DNA of 64,000 nt, taken from assembly GCA_944355355.1 (NCBI GenBank), contig CALVQE010000001.1, positions 69,351 through 133,350 of the forward strand, written 5' to 3'. The position numbers and the translations under genes were made by a program. Every line of letters begins with the position of its first letter. Position 1 is the stretch's first letter. Source of the stretch: an uncultured Bacilli bacterium (GTDB lineage: Bacteria > Bacillota_I > Bacilli_A > RF39 > UBA660). Shown here in pieces: positions 49,982 to 59,482 of this stretch. The notes below the pieces were generated by a model. The model was not told the origin of the DNA, ran no database searches, and saw only the letters and a program-made list of their open reading frames with translations.

Positions 49982-50914
49982 ATGAAAAATAAAATTTTAT
50001 TGGCTGTTGTAATTGTTTTAACAATTATCTTAGGGGCAGTTCTCATCTATGCCGAAAAAAATGATTATATGATTCCAATTGAACCACCAGAAAATACAGA
50101 ACCTATAATCGTACGTTTATTAAATGAAAGCGATGGATCCATTACGGAAATAAATCTAGAAGATTACATAGTCGGTGTCGTTTCTGCAGAAATGCCAGCA
50201 TTCTTCGAAGTAGAGGCCTTAAAAGCTCAAGCTGTTGCGGCCAGAACATACGCAATGTACAAAAAGGAAACACGTAATTTAGATTATGATTTAATCATAG
50301 GTACAAAAGATCAAGCCTATAGAAGTAATCGTGAACTATTATCTTCATGGGGATTAAACTTTTTCCCAAACTATTTGAAAGTCAGAGATGCAGTAAAATC
50401 AACTCAAGGAGAAATTATCACCTATAATAATGAAACCATCAACGCTTTCTATTTTTCAATGAGTAACGGTTACACGGAAAATTCTGAACTAGTATTTGTT
50501 GAAGACTTACCATACTTAAATAGCGTAGATTCATCATGGGACAACGAATCACTTGCTAACTTTGAATATACAGTCACCTTTACAAAAGAAGAGTTTTGCA
50601 ATGGTTTAGAAATAACTTGTGATCAAATTACAATTTCTAATATTGAAAGAAGTAATACCAATCGTGTTAATTCTATTACAATTAATGATAAAACTTTTAA
50701 AGGAACTGAAGTAAGAACAAAACTAGGTTTAAGATCAACAGATTTTACAATTACCATAAACGAAGCTGACATTACAATCACAACCAAAGGTTATGGTCAC
50801 GGTGTAGGTATGAGTCAATACGGAGCAAATGGTATGGCTAAAGAAGGATATACTTACAATGAAATATTAAATCATTACTATCAAAATACAGAAATTAAAA
50901 ATATTTATGTATAA
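49982..50914 (+). CDS. spoIID: SpoIID/LytB-domain protein (stage II sporulation protein D-like)
   Basis: N-terminal TM segment and the SpoIID signature VGVVSAEMPAFFEVEALKAQAVAARTYA. Confidence 0.8.
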   Translation: MKNKILLAVVIVLTIILGAVLIYAEKNDYMIPIEPPENTEPIIVRLLNESDGSITEINLEDYIVGVVSAEMPAFFEVEALKAQAVAARTYAMYKKETRNLDYDLIIGTKDQAYRSNRELLSSWGLNFFPNYLKVRDAVKSTQGEIITYNNETINAFYFSMSNGYTENSELVFVEDLPYLNSVDSSWDNESLANFEYTVTFTKEEFCNGLEITCDQITISNIERSNTNRVNSITINDKTFKGTEVRTKLGLRSTDFTITINEADITITTKGYGHGVGMSQYGANGMAKEGYTYNEILNHYYQNTEIKNIYV

Positions 50915-50954
50915 AAAATAAACAATCCTCCACAATAAGTTTAGGAGGAAAAGA

Positions 50955-51605
50955 ATGAAAAAGAGAAAATTAAAAGGATATGTTTTACCCACATTATATT
51001 TGTTTATAATTGGATTAATGGCAGTAGGAGTAACTTTTTTATCGAAAAATTTACTAGATAAAAATGTAGAAACAGATGAAAACTATAATTATTCCATGAG
51101 TGTTTTTGATGAAAATGAACAAACACCTACGACTACAAATGAAGAACCGGTAAGTGAAAAAGTAAGCATGCCTTATACAAGTGCAAATGTTACTGTAGCT
51201 AAAAGTTTTTACAACAAAGACGAATCAAACGAAAATCAAGAAAGCGCTTTAATTTACTATGAAAATACCTATATGCCAAATACAGGCGTATTATATGAAT
51301 CAGATGAAATCTTTGATGTTGTATCTCCTATGGATGGAACTGTCAAAGACATTAAAACAGATGAAATTTTAGGTACCGTGCTAACCATTGAACATAACTC
51401 CAAAGTCACAAGCGTTTATTATGCTTTAGGAGAAACAAAAGTCAATGTGGGTGATACAGTAACCAAAAATCAATTAATTGCAACTTCAGGAACATCAAAA
51501 TTGGAAACTGACAAAGAACAAACTCTTCTTTTCGAAGTATATATTGATGGTGTATTAACAAATCCTACAGAATTCTACAAAAAAACATTAGATGAATTAA
51601 AATAA
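50955..51605 (+). CDS. membrane-anchored degenerate LytM (M23) domain protein, SpoIIQ-like
   Basis: N-terminal TM segment plus a C-terminal M23 fold that lacks the second catalytic His (SVYYAL instead of TxYxHL), as in SpoIIQ. Directly follows spoIID as in Clostridia. Confidence 0.5.
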   Translation: MKKRKLKGYVLPTLYLFIIGLMAVGVTFLSKNLLDKNVETDENYNYSMSVFDENEQTPTTTNEEPVSEKVSMPYTSANVTVAKSFYNKDESNENQESALIYYENTYMPNTGVLYESDEIFDVVSPMDGTVKDIKTDEILGTVLTIEHNSKVTSVYYALGETKVNVGDTVTKNQLIATSGTSKLETDKEQTLLFEVYIDGVLTNPTEFYKKTLDELK

Positions 51606-51698
51606 TCCCAAAAGGGATTTTTTTAAAATATGGTAGCAATATATTTATTTGAAAACATCATTCAATATAAAGAAAAAGAAGAGATAAAAGAGTTCATA

Positions 51699-52205
51699 AT
51701 GCCTAAAAAAGCTATGGAATACGGTAAAATAAAAAATATTCCAATGTTTGAAGAATATTTAAGCAAATTAATAAAGCAAGAAAAATGGGTAAATTTATTT
51801 CAGTCAAAACCCATCGCCATTTTACTACCGTTATTCTATGAAGAAACAGATAAAGAAATACTAACAGTAATTTTAAACAATTTAGGAATAAAAAATATTA
51901 AATATAAAAAAGAATTAAGTTTATATGATAAAAAGAATAATCAATTAATATTAAATGTTCATACAAACTATATAACAGTATACTATCAGCAAAAAGGTGC
52001 AGGAATAAAAAGGTTTTATCCATTAAACATCTATCATAATATAGATGAAGCAATAAAACATATTCAAAAAAATTATAAAAATACAACAATGTATCTTTTA
52101 GGAAGTAATCCAAAACTAGCAAATTTAATAAAAAAAATAGATTCTCATCGTTGTTTTTACTATCAAAATCGTAGAACAATTCTTTTAGAAAAGTATATAC
52201 CTTAA
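51699..52205 (+). CDS. hypothetical protein
   Basis: The ORF track gives 51630-52205. Start moved to MPKKAMEY. No recognisable motif. Confidence 0.45.
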   Translation: MPKKAMEYGKIKNIPMFEEYLSKLIKQEKWVNLFQSKPIAILLPLFYEETDKEILTVILNNLGIKNIKYKKELSLYDKKNNQLILNVHTNYITVYYQQKGAGIKRFYPLNIYHNIDEAIKHIQKNYKNTTMYLLGSNPKLANLIKKIDSHRCFYYQNRRTILLEKYIP

Positions 52206-52275
52206 AAAAGGTATTTATTTTTTATGTGGTTTTATGGTATAATTGCTAATAGTAAACCTGTTAGGAGAGATAAGT

Positions 52276-52989
52276 ATGCAAGTAATAGTTGTAGAAGATG
52301 AGTTAAAAGATCAAAAGAGTATAAAAGAAATTATTAGAGAATTCTCTTTTGAAAATAATTGTGATATTGAAATAAAATATTTCAAAAAATACGATGAGAG
52401 TTTACAAAATGAAATTAACAATTGCTCTTATCGTAAAGTCTATATTATGGATATTGAATTAGAACATAGTATAAGTGGAATAGAAATAGCTAAGAAAATT
52501 AGAGAAAAAGACTGGGATAGTGAAATCATTTTTGTGACAACACATGATAAAATGTTTGAAAGTGTACATCGAAGTATTCTGGAAGTTTTTGATTTTATAG
52601 AAAAGTTTCAAAACTTTGACGAAAGGTTGAAGAAAGATTTGAAAATTATTTATGAAAAGAAATTTGATAAGAAACTTCTAAAATTAACAGGTAGAAACGT
52701 TAATGTAGAAATATATATGAAGAACATACTTTATATCACCAGAGATAAAGAAGATAGAAAAGTAGTCATTCACACTGAAAATGAAGTAGAGTTTAAAATA
52801 GGTATGACTTTAACAGAAATATTAAACATGTTAGATAATCGTTTTGTTCAAACACATAAAAGTTGTATTGTGAATAAAGAGAAAGTAGTAAAATTGAATT
52901 ACAGTCAAGGTTATTTTGTATTAGAAACAGGTGAGAAGGTAGATATGTTATCAAAGAAATATAGAAAAGGAATTGAAGATCAAAAATGA
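52276..52989 (+). CDS. agrA: LytTR-family response regulator (AgrA/ComE-like)
   Basis: Receiver domain with the phospho-acceptor Asp in IMDIEL. C-terminal LytTR domain (FVQTHKSCIVN). Confidence 0.85.
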   Translation: MQVIVVEDELKDQKSIKEIIREFSFENNCDIEIKYFKKYDESLQNEINNCSYRKVYIMDIELEHSISGIEIAKKIREKDWDSEIIFVTTHDKMFESVHRSILEVFDFIEKFQNFDERLKKDLKIIYEKKFDKKLLKLTGRNVNVEIYMKNILYITRDKEDRKVVIHTENEVEFKIGMTLTEILNMLDNRFVQTHKSCIVNKEKVVKLNYSQGYFVLETGEKVDMLSKKYRKGIEDQK

Positions 52990-54254
52990 TTGAATTTTTA
53001 TTAATTTTCATAGCTTCCCTTATTTCACAAATAGTAACTATCTTTGCATATGGTAAAATCAATAAGAAAAAGCTTTGTTTAAAAGAATTGGATTTTGTAC
53101 TTATAATAAGTATGAGTTTGTTTCAAGCCTTACAAAATATATATGAATTTTTTATAGGTAAACTAATTAGTCCCCTGATTTCTATTATTTATTTTATTTA
53201 TGTTTTTCAAAGAATGTATAAAAGTGATAGAAAAACAGCAGTAAGTTACAGCATAATTATTTGGACGATCAGCGTAATAATTGATTTAATAAGTATGTTA
53301 ATAATAAGTAATACTGTCACATTAAATGAGCAAAATCGTAATATATTAAAATTTTTTAGTTCGTTATTTATGAGCTTAATTCAATTAATAATTTTTATAC
53401 TTCCTATAAGTCAAAAATACATTAAAAAAATTAATCAAAAAATAGTTCAGGGTAACATTGATTTTAAACATATTAGTGTAGTAATAGTAATTTATCTAAT
53501 TATCGGTGTTTTTTCGGTAAGTAATATAGACAATGCTTATTTAATATCTGTAGTAGTTGTAATTGGCCTCATTTCATTAATTATTATTTATAATTTTGTT
53601 TCAATGAACTATCAAATTGTAATGTTAAAGAAAACTAATGACATTTTAGAAAAAAATAACGAGGGAAATTTGGAACTTTTAAAGGAATACAGAGTTTTGA
53701 AACATAATTTAGAACATAACTTGATGGGAATTAAAAGTGTAGCAAATAAAAAGTCTCAACAACTAATTGACGCTTTAATAAAAGAATATAATAGCAAATT
53801 TTATATTAAACAAGATATGACAAGTATGCCGGGAGGAATAAATGGTTTTATATTAGAAAAGTTCTATAAGTATGCCGAAGAAGATTTGAAGATCACAGTA
53901 GAAAATAAAATCAAGAAAAAGATCTTAGGCTTACTTGGACCAAGAAACTATAATTTGTTTTGTGAAGCTTTAGGAGTGACATTAGACAATGCTTTGGAAT
54001 CAGCAGTAAAAAGCAAAGAGAAACTTTTATATTTAGAGTTTAAAGAAACCAAAGAAAGTTTAATGGTAACGGTAACAAATACCTTCACAGGTAATATTGA
54101 AATAGATAAATTAGGCACAAAAGAATATACTTCAAAAGAAACAGGCCATGGATTAGGCTTATATTCTTTATTTAATCGTAAAAACCTTTATATTACTACA
54201 GCTATCAAAAATAATCTTTTTATAAATAAAATAGAAGTAAAAAAGAAGCATTAA
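52986..54254 (+). CDS. agrC: AgrC/ComD-type (HPK10) membrane histidine kinase
   Basis: Six to seven N-terminal TM helices. C-terminal HATPase with GHGLGLYS. ATGA overlap with the response regulator gene. Confidence 0.8.
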   Translation: MIEFLLIFIASLISQIVTIFAYGKINKKKLCLKELDFVLIISMSLFQALQNIYEFFIGKLISPLISIIYFIYVFQRMYKSDRKTAVSYSIIIWTISVIIDLISMLIISNTVTLNEQNRNILKFFSSLFMSLIQLIIFILPISQKYIKKINQKIVQGNIDFKHISVVIVIYLIIGVFSVSNIDNAYLISVVVVIGLISLIIIYNFVSMNYQIVMLKKTNDILEKNNEGNLELLKEYRVLKHNLEHNLMGIKSVANKKSQQLIDALIKEYNSKFYIKQDMTSMPGGINGFILEKFYKYAEEDLKITVENKIKKKILGLLGPRNYNLFCEALGVTLDNALESAVKSKEKLLYLEFKETKESLMVTVTNTFTGNIEIDKLGTKEYTSKETGHGLGLYSLFNRKNLYITTAIKNNLFINKIEVKKKH

Positions 54255-54280
54255 AAAATTGAGTTAAATAGCTCAATTTT

Positions 54281-54394
54281 TTACATGATTTCCAAATCAG
54301 CTTCAGGTTCATCCCAAAAATACCAAACACAAGCAGACGAAACAGATTTTGCAAAAATATTTGCAATTCCAGCTAAAATATCGGCTAGAAACAT
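54281..54394 (-). CDS. agrD: AgrD autoinducing-peptide precursor (37 aa, MFLADILAGIANIFAKSVSSACVWYFWDEPEADLEIM)
   Basis: Hand translation. Amphipathic N-terminal leader, a conserved Cys followed by 4-5 hydrophobic residues, then the acidic DEPE recognition tail typical of AgrD. Lies 44 nt downstream of agrB on the same strand. Confidence 0.75.
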   Translation of the reverse strand: MFLADILAGIANIFAKSVSSACVWYFWDEPEADLEIM

Positions 54395-54437
54395 TTTCTT
54401 TCACATCCTTTCTTCTTGTTTAAATCTATATAAATAT

Positions 54438-55070
54438 TTAAACCGAAAATTCTGGATACTTTTTATAATTATTAAAGGAAGTATGAAAGAGCTTATACGT
54501 AAGTGGATTAATAGATATACTTTCAATAATAACCGCATAAACGATGGTGTTCGATAATATGGTATTATTAGTAAATGAAAATAAAACAAAGTAGCAAACA
54601 AATATAACCATGGCAAGTACTTTTGCTCGGATTCTTTTATTTCTTCTTATTAAAGGCCTAGCTGGCGTATCAGCAGGTGCAAAGAATAAAAATGAAAGAA
54701 ATCCAAATATCCATATCAAATAATTAAATGAATCTGAGAATACAAAATATTTAATAAGTAAACACCCTCCTATATAAATAGGAACTGTAGTAAACCAACA
54801 TTGTAAACTTGTTTTCATATGTATTCCAAACCCATACATTCGAAGCGTTGAGTAAATAGCTGTTAATAAAAGCAATTCAGGTATTAGGTCTAAAATAATT
54901 GCTAAAATAAGTAAAACTACAGTCTTAGTTGCCAAATTATAAAATCCTTCTAAACCATACCGTAATTTTTTTTCCTCAAGTTCACTGATTGTTTTCTTTC
55001 TCTTAATAAGCTGAATAGAAGATTCAATAAACTTTTTTTTCACCACATCACTACTCCCAACGAAAACCAT
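54438..55070 (-). CDS. agrB: AgrB-family membrane peptidase that processes and exports AgrD
   Basis: RMYGFGIHMKTSLQCWF, FAPADTPARPLI and IIESISINP correspond to the S. aureus AgrB blocks R..HGAHA..SFWC, YAPAATKKKPI and IIEAITLLP. Confidence 0.8.
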   Translation of the reverse strand: MVFVGSSDVVKKKFIESSIQLIKRKKTISELEEKKLRYGLEGFYNLATKTVVLLILAIILDLIPELLLLTAIYSTLRMYGFGIHMKTSLQCWFTTVPIYIGGCLLIKYFVFSDSFNYLIWIFGFLSFLFFAPADTPARPLIRRNKRIRAKVLAMVIFVCYFVLFSFTNNTILSNTIVYAVIIESISINPLTYKLFHTSFNNYKKYPEFSV

Positions 55071-55350
55071 TCTACCAAAGAAAAAAGAGGATGAATCGTT
55101 CTTAGTCGAAAAAGTAAAATTAAAGGTTTTAAAAAGGAAAAAACTAAAGGAATATGTTATAAAAAAAGAATTTGAAGCAAAAAAAGCCTATTTTGAGACA
55201 AAAACTATTCTTTAATCAAAAAAACAAAGTATAATGGGCAACATCGTGGGTTATGTGATATTTATAGGTATGAAAGTTTATAAATGAAATGAACACATAA
55301 ACATGATAGTAGAAGTAGGTAGTGAAAAGTAATAGGAAGGGAGTGTAAAA

Positions 55351-55569
55351 GTGTTAAAAGGAACTGTAAAATGGTTCAACAATGCCAAAGGGTATGGCTT
55401 CATCCAATATGGAGATTTAGAAGACATCTTTGTTCATTATTCAGCCATTAACATGGAAGGCTACAAAACCTTAAAAGAAGGTAACATTGTTGAATTCAAA
55501 TTAATTGAAACTGCAAAAGGCCTACAAGCTATCAATGTTGAAGAAGTTTCCAATGTTGTTGAAGCATAA
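55351..55569 (+). CDS. cspA: cold-shock protein (CspA family), copy 1
   Basis: GTG start, RNP1 motif KGYGFI, 72 aa, long 5' UTR. Confidence 0.9.
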   Translation: MLKGTVKWFNNAKGYGFIQYGDLEDIFVHYSAINMEGYKTLKEGNIVEFKLIETAKGLQAINVEEVSNVVEA

Positions 55570-55917
55570 AAATTAAAACATTCAGCTTAGAAAAAACAGT
55601 TTAGAAAAGCAGAAATGTCTTGAAAAAATGTTTCTGTCTTTTTTTGCCACTGCGATTGCTATAAACAATTCTACTATAAATGTCCAAACCAACACTTTAA
55701 TAAATATCTTATTCTCTTAGATACTTTTGATACCAAAAAAACATACTTTGAGACAAAAACAATCTTATAAATGAAAAAACAAAGTATAATGAGCACTATC
55801 GTGGCTTATGTGTTATTTATTTTTTGCAAAATTTGTCGATCGAAATAAATTGAAGTCTATACATAAACATGATAAGGTAGAAACAGGTAGTAAAAGTAAT
55901 AGGAAGGGAGTGTAAGA

Positions 55918-56133
55918 GTGCTAAGAGGAACCGTAAAATGGTTCAACAATGCCAAAGGGTATGGCTTCATTAAATATGGAGATCTAGAAGATATCTTCGT
56001 TCATTACTCAGCAATCAACATGGATGGTTATAAGACACTAAAAGAAGGTAACATTGTTGAATTCAAATTGATTGAAACAGCGAAGGGTTTGCAAGCCATT
56101 AATGTTGCTGAAGTAACACACATTGTAAACTAA
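55918..56133 (+). CDS. cold-shock protein (CspA family), copy 2
   Basis: GTG start, about 90% identical to copy 1, with a duplicated 5' UTR and its own terminator. Confidence 0.9.
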   Translation: MLRGTVKWFNNAKGYGFIKYGDLEDIFVHYSAINMDGYKTLKEGNIVEFKLIETAKGLQAINVAEVTHIVN

Positions 56134-56205
56134 CCTAAAAAACTGCTTAGAAAAGTAGTTTTTTTTACCCATATCTGCTATAATAAAAATGAGGAAGGTG
56201 ATGAT

Positions 56206-56733
56206 ATGAGAATAGAAATAAGGGGAGACAAAGTTAAAATAACGGAGTCAATCAAATCATACATCGAAGAGAAAATCGGAAAGTTAGACCAATATTTTGA
56301 AAACCCAGAGGAACTCAAGGCTTATGTAGTAGTTCGTGTAATGAATAAAGAAGAAATTATTGAAGTAACTATTCCGACCAAAAAATTCACATTAAGAGCT
56401 GAAACAAGAAATAATGATTTATATGCAGCAATTGATTTAACCCTAGATAAACTAGAACGTCAAATTCGTAAAAATAAAACGAAAATGCGTAAAAAATTTA
56501 AAGATATCATGCAATATGAGCTTTTAATGCAAAATGAAGAACCCGAAAATGCTTCCGATATTGTAAAAAGAAAAACAGTAGAGTTAATACCTATGGATGA
56601 AGAAGAAGCAATCCTTCAAATGGAATTAACAGATCATGACTTTTATCTTTTCAAAAATGTAGAGAGAGACACAATATCTGTCTTATATAAAAGAAAAGAT
56701 GGTTCATACGGTATAATAGATGCAGAAAACTAA
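56206..56733 (+). CDS. hpf: ribosome hibernation promoting factor, long form (YvyD)
   Basis: RaiA domain plus a C-terminal dimerisation domain. Upstream of secA as in B. subtilis. Confidence 0.88.
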   Translation: MRIEIRGDKVKITESIKSYIEEKIGKLDQYFENPEELKAYVVVRVMNKEEIIEVTIPTKKFTLRAETRNNDLYAAIDLTLDKLERQIRKNKTKMRKKFKDIMQYELLMQNEEPENASDIVKRKTVELIPMDEEEAILQMELTDHDFYLFKNVERDTISVLYKRKDGSYGIIDAEN

Positions 56734-56846
56734 GGCTATAAAGCCTTTTTTTCTTCGAAAATTAAGAAAAAGCCTTATTTTAAGCGAAAAAATGACTTAT
56801 TTTTAAAATTATATGATAAAATGATAAAAGATGGAGGTTTATTTAC

Positions 56847-59336
56847 ATGGGAATATTTAGAAAACTTATAGATTCAGAATATAAAGAATTAAAAAGATTT
56901 GAAGGGATTGCTAATCAAATAGTTGCTAAAGAAGAAGAAATGGCAGCTTTAAGTGATGATGAACTAAGAAATAAAACACAAGAATTTAAGCAAAGATTAG
57001 AAAACGGCGAATCATTAAATGATTTAGTAGTAGATGCCTTTGCTGTAGTTCGCGAAGTAGACTACCGTGTTTTAAAAGAAAAGCCTTATTTTGTTCAGAT
57101 TTTAGGAGGTTTGGCTATCCATTATGGTAACATTGCCGAGATGAAAACTGGTGAAGGAAAAACCTTAACAGAAACCATGCCAGCTTACCTAAATGCTTTA
57201 GATGGCAAAGGAGTTCATATTATTACTGTAAATGAATTCTTAGCAAAACGTGACTCTGAATGGATGGGAAATATCTTCCGTTTCTTAGGCTTAACAGTAG
57301 GGCTTAATATGCGTGAAATGACACCAAAAGAAAAACAAGAAGCATATAATTGTGATATTTTATATTCTACAAATAACGAAATTGGCTTCGACTATTTAAG
57401 GGATAATATGGTTGTTAGAAAAGAAGATCGCGTTCAAAGACCATTAAATTTTTGTATTGTGGATGAAGTTGACTCAATCTTAATTGATGAAGCTAGAACA
57501 CCGTTAATTATATCTGGCGGTAAACAAAATGCAAAAAACTTATATATAGATGCCGACAAAGCAGTTAAATCATTAACTGAAGAAGATTATATCATTGATA
57601 ATAAAACAAAAAATGTGTCTATTACTGAATCAGGAGCAGCTAAATTAGAAAAATTTTTCCGTTTAAAAAATTTATATGATTTTGGAAATTCTGCTTTAGT
57701 TCATCACATTAATAATGCCTTAAAAGCAAATTATGGATTTAAAAAAGATGTTGATTATGTTGTAGATGCTGGAGCAGTAATTATTGTCGACCAATTTACT
57801 GGACGTCTTATGAAAGGAAGACAATTTAGTGAAGGTTTACACCAAGCAATTGAAGCTAAAGAAGGCGTAACTATTAACGAAGAAACGCAAACAATGGCAA
57901 CAATTACATTCCAAAACCTATTTAGAATGTACAGCAAACTATCAGGTATGACCGGAACAGCCAAAACCGAAGAAGAAGAATTTAGAAATATATATAATAT
58001 GTATGTTATTCAAATTCCAACAAATAAACCAGTAATTCGTGAAGATTTGGCAGACTTAGTATATTCTACAGAAGCTGGAAAATACCAAGCGATCGTAAAA
58101 ACAATAAAACAAATTCATTCTACAGGGCAACCAATATTAGTAGGTACAATTTCTGTTGAAAACAATGAAAAACTATCAGCAATGTTAAAAAAAGAAGGCT
58201 TAAAACACGAAGTGTTGAACGCTAAAAATCATGCTCGTGAAGCAGAGATTATCGCACATGCTGGTGAAAAAGGTGCAATTACAATTGCAACAAATATGGC
58301 AGGACGTGGTACCGACATTAAACTTGGAGAAGGTGTAAGAGAATTAGGAGGACTATGCGTAATTGGTACAGAACGTCATGAATCACGTCGTATTGATAAT
58401 CAGTTAAGAGGACGTGCTGGACGTCAAGGCGATCCAGGTATGAGTCAATTCTTTGTATCTTTTGAAGACGACTTAATGCGCCGTTTTGGGACAGATAAAG
58501 TAAAATCAATGGTTATGGCCTTAGGTATGGTCGGAGATCAAGCTATTCGTTCAAAATCATTAACTCGTTCTATTGAATCAGCTCAGAAAAAAGTCGAAGG
58601 CAATAACTTTGATATGCGTAAAAACTTATTAGACTACGATAATGTTGTCAACGAACAAAGAAGAATGATTTATGAACAAAGAAATATGATCATTGATAAT
58701 GAAAGTATTCACGATACGATTAAAGAAACATTTAGAAATACTGTTGAAGACTTAGTAAATGGTCATATTGTTGATGAAAAAATTGCTGACAAAGATTTAA
58801 AAGAAATTGTTGAATATATGAATAACAACTTCTTGAAAACCCAAAAAGTTACAGAAGATGAATTAAAGGATAAAGATGCTAGTGAATTAATCGAATACTT
58901 AACAAATATGATCAACGAAGATTATGAATTAAAAATAAAAGATGCTCCGCATTTTGAAGAATTCGAGCGTTCTATTTCTCTTCGCATTATAGATTCACTA
59001 TGGGTTGAACACTTAAATGCAATGGAAGGCTTAAAAGAGGGTATTTTCTTAAGACAATATGCTCAAACAAATCCACTTCAAGCTTATACAATGGAAGGAT
59101 ATGATATGTTTGAACAATTGCTAAACCGCATTGATGATACAATAGCTCAATTCTTACTAAAAGCAAATATTGAACAAAATACCGAACGTAAGCAAGTAAT
59201 CAAAGGAAAAGCTAACGATTCAAAAGAAGCAGAGAAAAAAGGCCCAATTAAAAAAGAAAAGAAAATTGGCCGTAATGACCCATGTCCATGTGGTTCGGGC
59301 AAAAAGTATAAAAATTGCTGTGGAAAGAACGTATAA
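56847..59336 (+). CDS. secA: preprotein translocase ATPase SecA
   Basis: 829 aa, DEAD motor motifs, C-terminal zinc finger CPCGSGKKYKNCCG. Confidence 0.97.
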   Translation: MGIFRKLIDSEYKELKRFEGIANQIVAKEEEMAALSDDELRNKTQEFKQRLENGESLNDLVVDAFAVVREVDYRVLKEKPYFVQILGGLAIHYGNIAEMKTGEGKTLTETMPAYLNALDGKGVHIITVNEFLAKRDSEWMGNIFRFLGLTVGLNMREMTPKEKQEAYNCDILYSTNNEIGFDYLRDNMVVRKEDRVQRPLNFCIVDEVDSILIDEARTPLIISGGKQNAKNLYIDADKAVKSLTEEDYIIDNKTKNVSITESGAAKLEKFFRLKNLYDFGNSALVHHINNALKANYGFKKDVDYVVDAGAVIIVDQFTGRLMKGRQFSEGLHQAIEAKEGVTINEETQTMATITFQNLFRMYSKLSGMTGTAKTEEEEFRNIYNMYVIQIPTNKPVIREDLADLVYSTEAGKYQAIVKTIKQIHSTGQPILVGTISVENNEKLSAMLKKEGLKHEVLNAKNHAREAEIIAHAGEKGAITIATNMAGRGTDIKLGEGVRELGGLCVIGTERHESRRIDNQLRGRAGRQGDPGMSQFFVSFEDDLMRRFGTDKVKSMVMALGMVGDQAIRSKSLTRSIESAQKKVEGNNFDMRKNLLDYDNVVNEQRRMIYEQRNMIIDNESIHDTIKETFRNTVEDLVNGHIVDEKIADKDLKEIVEYMNNNFLKTQKVTEDELKDKDASELIEYLTNMINEDYELKIKDAPHFEEFERSISLRIIDSLWVEHLNAMEGLKEGIFLRQYAQTNPLQAYTMEGYDMFEQLLNRIDDTIAQFLLKANIEQNTERKQVIKGKANDSKEAEKKGPIKKEKKIGRNDPCPCGSGKKYKNCCGKNV

Positions 59337-59419
59337 ATAAAGAAAAAATAAATATTAATGAAATTAAAAATTGGTTTGGATTTTTGTGAAATATCCACCA
59401 AACATTAAAAATATGCAGT

Positions 59420-59465
59420 AAAATGAAGGTGTGAACAAAAATTTAATTTGTTGACACCTTTTAAT
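59420..59465 (+). repeat. direct repeat 1 of a 45-bp hairpin element (AAAATGAAGGTGTGAACAAaaatttaatTTGTTGACACCTTTTAA); likely secA terminator
   Basis: 13-bp stem with one mismatch, followed by a T-rich tract. Recurs at 60473-60518. Confidence 0.7.
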
Positions 59466-59482
59466 TTAGAAAGGAGGCTTGA

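Noticed and set aside
51898-53062. ORFs 51898-52179 (-) and 52793-53062 (-)
   Set aside because: Antisense to the hypothetical gene and the response-regulator gene.
54285-54616. ORFs 54285-54557 (+) and 54401-54616 (-)
   Set aside because: They overlap agrB and agrD in the wrong frame or strand. The genuine small gene is the 37-aa agrD at 54281-54394.
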